DNA from: an uncultured bacterium
GTDB taxonomy: Bacteria > Patescibacteriota > Minisyncoccia > Phycocordibacterales > GWA1-40-21
Assembly: GCA_903831595.1 (NCBI GenBank)
Contig: CAIKXY010000010.1
Location: 1 to 51,136 of the forward strand
DNA: 51,136 bases
Direction: 5' to 3'
In this document: one piece after another, positions 29,405 through 36,980 of the stretch
How positions within the stretch are numbered: position 1 is the stretch's first letter
Layout: each line of letters begins with the position of its first letter
Notes under the pieces: generated by a model
The model's database searches: none
Told to the model about the DNA's origin: nothing
What the model saw: the letters and a program-made list of their open reading frames with translations, nothing else
Program-made: the position numbers and the translations under genes

Positions 29405-29896
29405 ATGATGAAAAAAAATCTAAAAAAAGGGTCAGGTCTAGTTGAGATATTAGTTGCTGTTTTTATTTTTTCTATAATTTTAGGTGCATTGATTAATGCT
29501 AGTAGTGCTTATTTTTCAGGCGCTGGAGTAAACTTATCCTCCACTAAGGCGGCATACCTTGCGGAAGAAGGTATTGAAGCGGTAAAAACAATTAGAGATT
29601 TTGGCTGGAATAATATAAGTGCTTTATCAGATAATACTGATTATTATTTGTATTTTGACACATCTTCATCAACAAATAATGTCTGGAAAGCCACGACAAC
29701 ACCGTCAATTATTGATTCTAATTTTATTAGAACTTTTAAAATTAATTCCGTATATAGAGACATAGACGGAAGAATAATTTTAAGTGGAGGGACTCTTGAT
29801 ATAAATACTAGAAAAGTTATTTCATCCGTTTCTTGGAAATCAAATAATTCTACAACAACAAAAAGCCTTTCGACTTATATAACAAATATTTTTTAA
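29405..29896 (+). CDS. pilin-like protein (minor pilin candidate)
   Basis: KKG|SGLVEILVAVFIFSIIL: a prepilin-like N-terminus with Glu+5. Confidence 0.65.
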   Translation: MMKKNLKKGSGLVEILVAVFIFSIILGALINASSAYFSGAGVNLSSTKAAYLAEEGIEAVKTIRDFGWNNISALSDNTDYYLYFDTSSSTNNVWKATTTPSIIDSNFIRTFKINSVYRDIDGRIILSGGTLDINTRKVISSVSWKSNNSTTTKSLSTYITNIF

Positions 29897-30414
29897 TGTT
29901 AAAAAAAATAAAACAACAAAAAATACAGGGATTCACGCTAGTAGAAATGATGATATACCTTGCACTCATGACTGTGATTGCTGTCGTTATTGTTCAGTCA
30001 ATAGTTGTTGTTCTGAAGTCAAATCGAAAAGGCTTTGCTGAAAGCAATCTTAGAAATACTGCCTATTCGGCTCTTGAAGGGATGGTTCGAGAGATACACG
30101 CCTCAGATAGTACTATTATTGCTAGTGGCAGTTTATTACAATTAAATCAAAGCAATCCTATTGCCAATGTCGTCCAATTTTCTACGTCATCTGACGCAAG
30201 ACTAAATATGTATGAGGGGGGGAGTACATCAACATTATCTTATTTTGGACCACTAATCTCAAAAGATGTGATTGTAAAAAATTTAATCTTTACAAATATA
30301 AATACTGGTAAATCACAAGCGGTAAGAATACAGATTAATTTAACAACGGCTGTTGATGGTCAAACAAAAAGTGAGTGGTTTTATGATACTGCCATACTAA
30401 AAGGGTCATACTAA
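29896..30414 (+). CDS. prepilin-type N-terminal cleavage/methylation domain protein (minor pilin candidate)
   Basis: KIQG|FTLVEMMIYLALMTVIAV. Confidence 0.75.
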   Translation: MLKKIKQQKIQGFTLVEMMIYLALMTVIAVVIVQSIVVVLKSNRKGFAESNLRNTAYSALEGMVREIHASDSTIIASGSLLQLNQSNPIANVVQFSTSSDARLNMYEGGSTSTLSYFGPLISKDVIVKNLIFTNINTGKSQAVRIQINLTTAVDGQTKSEWFYDTAILKGSY

Positions 30415-30418
30415 AAAA

Positions 30419-31720
30419 ATGAAAAACAAAAAACCAAAAAATAATTCCGGATATGTAATGCTTCTCACAACAATAATTTTTATGATGGTTTCCATTGTAA
30501 TTATTTTTGGACTTTCCACACCAACACTGCAACAAATATTTTCTTCAAGAGATATTTGGAGTGCAAAACAAAGCTACTATCTTTCAGAGGCTGGGGCTGA
30601 GGATGTTGTGTATAGATTAAAAGATAGTGTTATGAATGCTAATGTAGGTGTAACTGAAACTTTGTCTTTGGATGGTTACAGTGAAGTCACACAAATTAGT
30701 GATACGGTATCTGGAAAAACAGTTTCATCTTTATCAAATCAAAATGGTTACAAAAAAAATATTGAAGCAGAGCTTACTCAAGGTTCCGGCGTTTCATTTA
30801 ACTACGGAATTCTTACAGGTAATGGAGGTTTTAAAATGACTGGTGGATCAAAAGTCATTGGAAACATTTATTCAAATGGCGATATCGTCGGTGGTTCTGG
30901 TGTCCATATTACAGGAACAGCCGTCGCGGCATCTGGCAGTAAAATTTTAGGAGATGGTGGCGATTATCTTTATATCGGTTCAAGTTCTAAAGATATGGCT
31001 TGGGCAAAAAATATTTCCAATGTAAGTGTCACTGGTAGCTTGTACTGTCAAATTGGAAGTAATAATGATAACCATAAAGCTTGTAATGTAACTAAAGGCA
31101 TTCCAGATTCGATTCCAATGGCGGTGACAGATGATAACATAAACCAATGGAAGTCAGAGGCCCTAATTGGTGGAACTTACAATGGTGATTTCACAGTTGA
31201 TTCAAATGGCGATATAGTTGGGCCGAGAAAAATTACTGGTGACTTAACTGTGAAGGGGGGAGGAACACTTATGGTTACAGGGACATTATGGGTTGTTGGT
31301 AATATTGATTTAACAGGTGGAGGAAAAATAAAATTGTCGCCAAGTCTTGGTAAAAATAGTTCTATTATTGTCACCGATGGGTATGTAGATGTTGGAGGAG
31401 GATCATCATTCGACGGTTCTGGGACTGCCGGAAGTTACCCGGTTGTCGTGACAACTTCTATCTGTTCAGCCACAAGTCATTGTCACAATAACAATTCAGC
31501 AATTTCACTTTCTGGCGGAGCTGGTTCCGTAGTATTAATTGCTCCATATGGGGATGTAAATATTGATGGCGGTTCTGGTGCGCGTTCGGTTATGGCCAAT
31601 TCCGTTTCTCTTTCAGGTGGTGCAACAATTACTTATGATTCTGGTTTAGCTAACCCATCATTTAGTAGTGGACCTTCTGGAGGTTGGGTGGTCTCTGGGT
31701 GGAGGGAATTAGAAAACTAA
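30419..31720 (+). CDS. large pilus-associated protein (PilX-like hydrophobic N-terminus, Gly-rich beta-helix-like body)
   Basis: N-terminus NSGYVMLLTTIIFMMVSIVIIFGL without Glu+5, and repeated G-rich motifs (GGxxxxG, VTGT/ITGD). It is the last gene of the pilin operon, before the terminator. Confidence 0.5.
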   Translation: MKNKKPKNNSGYVMLLTTIIFMMVSIVIIFGLSTPTLQQIFSSRDIWSAKQSYYLSEAGAEDVVYRLKDSVMNANVGVTETLSLDGYSEVTQISDTVSGKTVSSLSNQNGYKKNIEAELTQGSGVSFNYGILTGNGGFKMTGGSKVIGNIYSNGDIVGGSGVHITGTAVAASGSKILGDGGDYLYIGSSSKDMAWAKNISNVSVTGSLYCQIGSNNDNHKACNVTKGIPDSIPMAVTDDNINQWKSEALIGGTYNGDFTVDSNGDIVGPRKITGDLTVKGGGTLMVTGTLWVVGNIDLTGGGKIKLSPSLGKNSSIIVTDGYVDVGGGSSFDGSGTAGSYPVVVTTSICSATSHCHNNNSAISLSGGAGSVVLIAPYGDVNIDGGSGARSVMANSVSLSGGATITYDSGLANPSFSSGPSGGWVVSGWRELEN

Positions 31721-31725
31721 TAAAT

Positions 31726-31750
31726 AGAGCGGCGCCTACGGCGCCGCTCT
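31726..31750 (+). terminator. GC-rich hairpin terminator (same stem as 6971-7007)
   Basis: agagcggcgcc-tac-ggcgccgctct followed by tctgctttt. Confidence 0.7.
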
Positions 31751-31791
31751 TCTGCTTTTAAAAAACTTTATTAAGTGTTATTATTTTATTT

Positions 31792-32961
31792 ATGAATGAA
31801 CATGAACACAAATCTATAAACATAAATATTACACCTGGCTCTATTTTAAAAGGTATTGGTATTGTTTTATTGATTTTATTTTTATATTTTATAAAAGATT
31901 TAGTTTTGGTTGTCTTAGTTGCAGTTGTTATTGCTTCAGGGATGGAGCCACTCATTGCCTTTTTCAAAAGGTATAAAATCAAAAGATTACCAGCCTCAAT
32001 AATTTCCTATTTAACAATTTTTGCTATTTTTATTGGTCTAATGTTTTATTTCGTGCCATCAGTTTTGGATGAAGCAAGTTCGCTTCTTACCGAATTACCA
32101 AAATATTTAGAGTCAACCACACTTTGGAACCCACTAAACATTAGCAATGATACAGTGACTACTTCTCAAAAAGTTGTTCAAACATTGTCTGATACTGTAA
32201 ACAATCCAACACAATTGGTACATGATGCACAGAGCCAAATAAAAACAGTCATTCCAAGCACTAGTTTTGGACTTGGTGACCTTGTAAAAAGTATCCAAAG
32301 TATTTCTTCAAACGTCTCAAATGGTTTTATAAATATTGTATCGGCAATTTTCGGTGGGCTTTTATCATTTATTTTAATTGTTGTCTTGTCCTTCTATCTT
32401 TTGGTACAAGAAGATGGAGTCGCAAGATTTTTAAGACTTGTTACGCCACTCAAACATGAAAAGTACATTGTTGATTTGTGGAAAAGATCTCAGATTAAAA
32501 TTGGACAATGGATGCAAGGACAATTATTGCTTGGCATTATCATCGCCGTTCTTTTATATCTAGGACTTATGATTTTAGGTATACAGAATGCTTTGTTGCT
32601 CTCGGTTTTGGCAGGTTGTTTGGAAATTATTCCAGTTTTTGGTCCAGTCTTGTCCGCAATCCCAGCAATTCTTGTGGCCTTTGTCGGCGGAGGTATAGCA
32701 CCAGCAGTTTTAGTTTTGGGTCTTTACATAATTATCCAACAGTTTGAGAACCATCTTATTTATCCACTTGTTGTTAAGAAAGTTGTAGGAGTTTCTCCAA
32801 TTCTTGTAATTCTCGCAATTATTATTGGATTTAAACTTGCTGGGTTCCTTGGAATAGTGTTGTCAGTTCCTATGGTTTCTGCTTTAATGGAATTGGTTGA
32901 TGATATTCAGAAAAAGAAAACACTTTTCTGGCAGAAAGCTGAAGAATTAGAAAAAATTTAA
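31792..32961 (+). CDS. AI-2E family transporter (PerM/UPF0118-like permease)
   Basis: 389 aa, polytopic. The characteristic C-terminal region LEIIPVFGPVLSAIPAILVAF is present. Confidence 0.7.
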   Translation: MNEHEHKSININITPGSILKGIGIVLLILFLYFIKDLVLVVLVAVVIASGMEPLIAFFKRYKIKRLPASIISYLTIFAIFIGLMFYFVPSVLDEASSLLTELPKYLESTTLWNPLNISNDTVTTSQKVVQTLSDTVNNPTQLVHDAQSQIKTVIPSTSFGLGDLVKSIQSISSNVSNGFINIVSAIFGGLLSFILIVVLSFYLLVQEDGVARFLRLVTPLKHEKYIVDLWKRSQIKIGQWMQGQLLLGIIIAVLLYLGLMILGIQNALLLSVLAGCLEIIPVFGPVLSAIPAILVAFVGGGIAPAVLVLGLYIIIQQFENHLIYPLVVKKVVGVSPILVILAIIIGFKLAGFLGIVLSVPMVSALMELVDDIQKKKTLFWQKAEELEKI

Positions 32962-32971
32962 TTAATTAAAC

Positions 32972-34423
32972 GTGGCTAACACAAATAAAAAATTTTATAT
33001 AACGACAACTTTGCCGTATGTTAATGCGAGCCCTCACATGGGGCACGCTTTAGAGTTTGTCCGTGCGGATGTAATAGCGAGATACAAAAAACTTCAAGGT
33101 TTTGATGTATTTTTTAATACAGGGACAGATGAACACGGTCAAAAAGTTTATCTTAAGGCTCAAGAAGAGAAAAAAAGCGTTGAAGAATATACAACTTTTT
33201 ATGCAAACAAGTTTAAAGAATTATTAAATCTTCTCGGGATTTCAAAAGATATTAACTTTATCAGAACAACAGACGAGCATCATATTAAATCTGCCCAAGA
33301 GTTTTGGAAATTGTGTGATAAGAACGGTTACATTTACAAGAAAAATTACCAAGTCAAATATTGTGTGGGGTGTGAGCTGGAAAAAGCCGATTCTGACCTT
33401 GTAAATGGAAAATGTCCAGACCACCCAAATTTGGAAATAGAATATATCGATGAAGAAAATTATTTTTTTAAATTTTCAGCACTTCAAGACCAACTATTAA
33501 AATATTATTCAGAAAATCCAAATTTTGTTATTCCAGATTTTCGTTTTAATGAAATTAAAGCTTTTGTTTCCAGGGGTTTGATTGATTTTAGTATTTCAAG
33601 ATTGAAATCAAAGATGCCATGGGGGATAGAAGTACCTGGCGATAAAGACCAAGTTATTTATGTCTGGTTTGATGCACTGATAAATTATATTTCTGCTATT
33701 GGCTGGCCGGATGATATGAATAAGTTTAATACATGGCAAATTGAGACAGGCGGAATGGTGCAGTATTGTGGAAAAGATAATCTTCGCCAACAGTCCGCAA
33801 TGTGGCAAGCAATGCTGATGGCCGCTGGTCTCCCAAATTCAAAAACTATCGTCATAGACGGTTTTGTTACTGGTGCTGGCGGAATAAAAATGAGCAAATC
33901 CATTGGTAATGTTGCAGACCCAGTTGAATTGATAAATGAATACGGCACAGATGCAATGAGATATTATGTGACGAGAGAACTTGCTCCTTTTGAAGATACT
34001 CCATTTACAAAAGAAATGTTCAAAGAATCTTATAATGCAAATCTTGCAAACGGCCTCGGCAATCTTGTAAGTCGTGTGATGACAATGTCTCAAAACAATC
34101 TTGAAAAAGCAGTTGAAATCGACCTTGTATCTTTATCAGAAGATTTTAAAAATGCTGTAGAAAAATATAATCTTCAAGAGGCGACAAATATTATTTGGAA
34201 GAAAATTGGTGAATTAGACGTAAAAATTCAAACTACTCAACCATTTAAACTTATAAAAACAGAAAAAGAAAAGGCAATCGGAATAATAGAAGAATTAGTG
34301 ATTGGGGTTTATGAAATTGCTGTTCATCTTGAAGCAATTTTGCCAGAAACTTCAAATAAAATTAAAAAATTAGTAAAAGAAAACAAAAAACCAGAAGTAC
34401 CATTATTCCAAAGAATGGAATAA
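32972..34423 (+). CDS. metG: methionine--tRNA ligase
   Basis: GTG start. HIGH-type PYVNASPHMGH, KMSKS and a zinc knuckle CVGCE...CPDH. Confidence 0.9.
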   Translation: MANTNKKFYITTTLPYVNASPHMGHALEFVRADVIARYKKLQGFDVFFNTGTDEHGQKVYLKAQEEKKSVEEYTTFYANKFKELLNLLGISKDINFIRTTDEHHIKSAQEFWKLCDKNGYIYKKNYQVKYCVGCELEKADSDLVNGKCPDHPNLEIEYIDEENYFFKFSALQDQLLKYYSENPNFVIPDFRFNEIKAFVSRGLIDFSISRLKSKMPWGIEVPGDKDQVIYVWFDALINYISAIGWPDDMNKFNTWQIETGGMVQYCGKDNLRQQSAMWQAMLMAAGLPNSKTIVIDGFVTGAGGIKMSKSIGNVADPVELINEYGTDAMRYYVTRELAPFEDTPFTKEMFKESYNANLANGLGNLVSRVMTMSQNNLEKAVEIDLVSLSEDFKNAVEKYNLQEATNIIWKKIGELDVKIQTTQPFKLIKTEKEKAIGIIEELVIGVYEIAVHLEAILPETSNKIKKLVKENKKPEVPLFQRME

Positions 34424-34440
34424 TGGTAGTATAAGTATTC

Positions 34441-34848
34441 AGTATTAGTATAAAAATACATGAGCGATATTTTAAATTTTACAAATTTGATAGCTTACCA
34501 AAAAGCTCATACATTAGTACTTGAAATTTATAAAATTACCAGCAAATTTCCTAAAACTGAGCAATTCTGTTTGGTAAACCAGATAAGAAGAGCTGGAATT
34601 TCTGTTACGTCAAATATTGCCGAAGGTTTTGCCCGCATGACCGCCAAAGACAAAATTCATTTTTATGGAATGTCTCGCGGATCACTTTTAGAATTACAAA
34701 GTCAAATATTTATTGGAAAAGATTTAAATTATTTGTCAACAGAAGATTATAAAAATACTGAAGAAAAAATCACGGAGGTAAATAAATTACTTTTAGGTAT
34801 AATTAAATCAGCAAAAAATTACTAATACTAATACTTTATACTAATACT
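34441..34848. repeat. 14-bp perfect inverted repeat bracketing the four-helix-bundle gene
   Basis: agtattagtataaa (34441-34454) and tttatactaatact (34835-34848), embedded in AGTAT(A/T)AGTAT word repeats. Confidence 0.7.
34460..34825 (+). CDS. four-helix-bundle protein (23S rRNA intervening-sequence protein / Avd-like family)
   Basis: 121 aa. AYQKAHTLVLEIYKITSKFPKTEQFCLVNQIRRAGISVTSNIAEGFAR...FYGMSRGSLLELQSQ is the family signature. Confidence 0.85.
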   Translation: MSDILNFTNLIAYQKAHTLVLEIYKITSKFPKTEQFCLVNQIRRAGISVTSNIAEGFARMTAKDKIHFYGMSRGSLLELQSQIFIGKDLNYLSTEDYKNTEEKITEVNKLLLGIIKSAKNY

Positions 34849-35631
34849 ATGAATTATATCGATATACATTCTCATCTAAGTTTTGCTGATTACAAGCAAG
34901 ATCTTGTTTCTGTGATAGAAAAAATGAAAAGTGAAGGTGTCTCAACTATTTGCGTTGGTTCAGATTATGAAAGTTCAAAAGATTCCGTAGAAATTGCTGA
35001 AAAAAACGAAAATATTTTTGCTTGCATCGGACTCCACCCAACTGGGAAAGATGGGGAAATTTTTGATGAGAAAAAATATGAAGAACTTGTAAAAAGTCCG
35101 AAAGTTGTATCAATAGGTGAGTGTGGGCTGGATTATTTTAGATTAGCCGGCAATATAGTTGAACAAAAAAAATATCAGAAGAAAGAATTTATAAAACAAA
35201 TTGAATTTGCTATCAAATATGACAAACCATTAATGCTCCATATACGAGATGCATATGAAGACGCTTATGAAATATTAAAAAAATACAACCTGCCTGCGCA
35301 GGCAGGCGGAAAGGTAAGAGGAAATATGCATTTTTTTGCCGGTAGTCTCGAATGGGCAAAAAAGTTTATTGATTTAGGTTTTACGATATCTTTTACTGGT
35401 GTTATTACTTTCGCTCGCCAATATGATGAAGTTATAAAAAATATTCCGCTTAATAAAATTCATGCAGAGACAGACGCACCGTTTGTTGCACCAATTCCTT
35501 ATAGAGGGAAGAGAAATGAACCAACTTATGTGGTGGAGGTAGTCAAAAAAATCGCTGAAATTCGTGGGGAAGACTTTGAGAAGGTAAGGTTGCAACTTTT
35601 AGAGAATGCCAAGAGAGTATTTAGTATATAG
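34849..35631 (+). CDS. TatD family metal-dependent hydrolase (DNase)
   Basis: 260 aa with IDIHSHL, ECGLDY, LHIRDA and HAETDAPF motifs. Confidence 0.9.
   Translation: MNYIDIHSHLSFADYKQDLVSVIEKMKSEGVSTICVGSDYESSKDSVEIAEKNENIFACIGLHPTGKDGEIFDEKKYEELVKSPKVVSIGECGLDYFRLAGNIVEQKKYQKKEFIKQIEFAIKYDKPLMLHIRDAYEDAYEILKKYNLPAQAGGKVRGNMHFFAGSLEWAKKFIDLGFTISFTGVITFARQYDEVIKNIPLNKIHAETDAPFVAPIPYRGKRNEPTYVVEVVKKIAEIRGEDFEKVRLQLLENAKRVFSI
35289..35306. repeat. 18-nt perfect GC-rich palindrome cctgcctgcgcaggcagg inside the TatD-family gene (copy 1)
   Basis: Identical over 20 nt (aacctgcctgcgcaggcagg) to 38621-38640. It is translated NLPAQAG in both genes. Confidence 0.9.
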
Positions 35632-35684
35632 AATACAGTATAAAGTATAAAAAATGCCTTTATTTATAGCCATTTTCTGTGCTA

Positions 35685-35713
35685 TTGACACGCGAGCCCA
35701 AAGGGTGTATAAT
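35685..35713 (+). promoter_or_regulatory. consensus sigma70 promoter for DGR-1 target gene
   Basis: TTGACA (35685-35690), a 17-nt spacer, then TATAAT (35708-35713). Confidence 0.6.
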
Positions 35714-35758
35714 TGTGGCTAGTAATAAATAGGTTCTTTTATAAACTAAATTGAAAAA

Positions 35759-35811
35759 ATAGTCATAGCCAAAAGCTCCTAATTTTTTTGGAAACTTTTG
35801 GCTATGACTAT
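35759..35811 (+). promoter_or_regulatory. 17-bp perfect hairpin in the 5' leader of the DGR-1 target gene
   Basis: atagtcatagccaaaag (35759-35775) pairs with cttttggctatgactat (35795-35811). Confidence 0.5.
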
Positions 35812-35877
35812 CAATATCCACGATACGTCAAGAGTAATTCAGCCTGTCTTATGACAGACAAAAGGGAGGATTTGACC

Positions 35878-36489
35878 ATGGATAACATGCTCAAAAAAGC
35901 ACTTCGCGATTATCGCGAACTGCGCGAACAGTTTGAAAACGTATTGTTAGGCGAAGAAAGCGAACTTTGGGAGAGAGAAGCGAGAAAGTTTCTCTCAAAA
36001 CGCCCCTGCTGGAATCAGAAAGAAAATAGCTACCTGAAGCTAATTTCTGATGGCAAAAAAGTTGTTATTGCTTCAACAGACGGCAAGGAAACTATCGCCA
36101 ATGCTCAGAAAATTTTTCCGAGCGGTATAGATTCTGATTTCAAAAACTGGAATCTCGATGTGCCGAGTACACCGACCAAGGAAACAAAAACGCAAGTTTT
36201 TGAGATGGTCAAGGACGGCATGTTCAAGGATATCTTCGGAAGTTTTGGAGAAAACTTGGACCGTCTGTGCTTCACGCAAAGCCAAATCATCTTTTTTGTG
36301 AAAAACCACGCTAAGTGGCTTCGCACTGGTGGCTATGGAACCTTCTTTCTCTTTAAAGTCGGGAAGGATTATTTCGTGGCGAACGTGTACTTGAACTCTG
36401 ATGGGCTTTACGTGTACGTGGATCGCTTCTCGTGTGGCTACGTCTGGTGTGCTGAGTACAGGCGTCGGATTGTTGTCCCACAACTGTAA
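35878..36489 (+). CDS. DGR-1 variable (target) protein
   Basis: The preferred start is ATG 35878, preceded by AAGGGAGGA. The ORF-track TTG 35788 lies inside the leader hairpin. The C-terminal approximately 38 codons are VR1. No signal peptide. Confidence 0.85.
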   Translation: MDNMLKKALRDYRELREQFENVLLGEESELWEREARKFLSKRPCWNQKENSYLKLISDGKKVVIASTDGKETIANAQKIFPSGIDSDFKNWNLDVPSTPTKETKTQVFEMVKDGMFKDIFGSFGENLDRLCFTQSQIIFFVKNHAKWLRTGGYGTFFLFKVGKDYFVANVYLNSDGLYVYVDRFSCGYVWCAEYRRRIVVPQL

Positions 36490-36496
36490 TTTTTTC
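36368..36496 (+). repeat. DGR-1 variable repeat (VR1) including IMH-like 3' end
   Basis: Ungapped alignment to TR1 (offset 458). In 36368-36479 there are 13 mismatches, all at TR adenines. Confidence 0.9.
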
Positions 36497-36531
36497 ACTT
36501 AGTTTTTTTGTCCCTTTGAAACTTGGACACT

Positions 36532-36578
36532 TTGACCCTCTGAAATCCGTAAGGAAAGTAAGGGGGTCAATTTTTTTG
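36532..36578 (+). terminator. hairpin plus T-run downstream of VR1 (terminator and/or DGR target-recognition hairpin)
   Basis: ttgaccctc (36532-36540) pairs with gggggtcaa (36562-36570). The loop contains tcc-gtaa-gga, and ttttttt follows. Confidence 0.55.
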
Positions 36579-36735
36579 TTTTAATTTGTATTTTTGTATA
36601 TAATAAAAACGCAATTATAAGCGTTTTCGGCTATGGCTTAAGACTACAATTGTATATCTATATTATTTTAGAGTTTTACCGGATATGTCTTGTAAAAGAG
36701 TGAATGGTATAAATATCTTATAAAAATAAATAAAG

Positions 36736-36764
36736 TTGGTGTAGTATTTTAGAGGACTTATAAG
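36736..36764 (+). promoter_or_regulatory. candidate promoter of the TR1 RNA
   Basis: TTGGTG (36736-36741), a 17-nt spacer, then TATAAG (36759-36764). The -10 element ends 62 nt before TR1, the same distance as at DGR-2. Confidence 0.4.
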
Positions 36765-36825
36765 TCCCGCATAAGATACAATCTGTCATGGTTTGGCGGA
36801 TGGTGATATGGGAGAAATATTGCAC

Positions 36826-36954
36826 ATAATTTCGTGGCGAACGTGAACTTGAACTCTGATGGGCTTAACGTGAACGTGAATCGCTTCTCGAATGACAACG
36901 TCTGGAATGCTGAGAACAGGCATCGGATTGTTGTCCCGAAACTAAAATATTTTC
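36826..36954 (+). repeat. DGR-1 template repeat (TR1)
   Basis: Asn-codon-rich (AAC/AAT) invariant copy of VR1. It is translated as a spurious ORF in the track (MANVNLNSDGLNVNVNRFSNDNVWNAENRHRIVVP). Confidence 0.9.
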
Positions 36955-36980
36955 TCCCGCTTATTTGGCGGGAGTTTTTT
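36954..36980 (+). terminator. hairpin plus U-run immediately 3' of TR1
   Basis: ctcccgc-ttatttg-gcgggag followed by tttttt. The avd stop codon (complement of tta 36961-36963) lies in the loop. Confidence 0.55.

Noticed and set aside
35693-35707. Shared AGCCC(G)AAAGGGTG motif in the DGR-1 target promoter spacer and at 40266-40280 upstream of secE
   Set aside because: Only about 13 nt with an indel and just two occurrences. This is too short to distinguish from chance without genome-wide counts.
35788-35877. TTG start of the DGR-1 target ORF
   Set aside because: The TTG lies inside the loop of the 17-bp leader hairpin and lacks an RBS. ATG 35878 is preceded by AAGGGAGGA.
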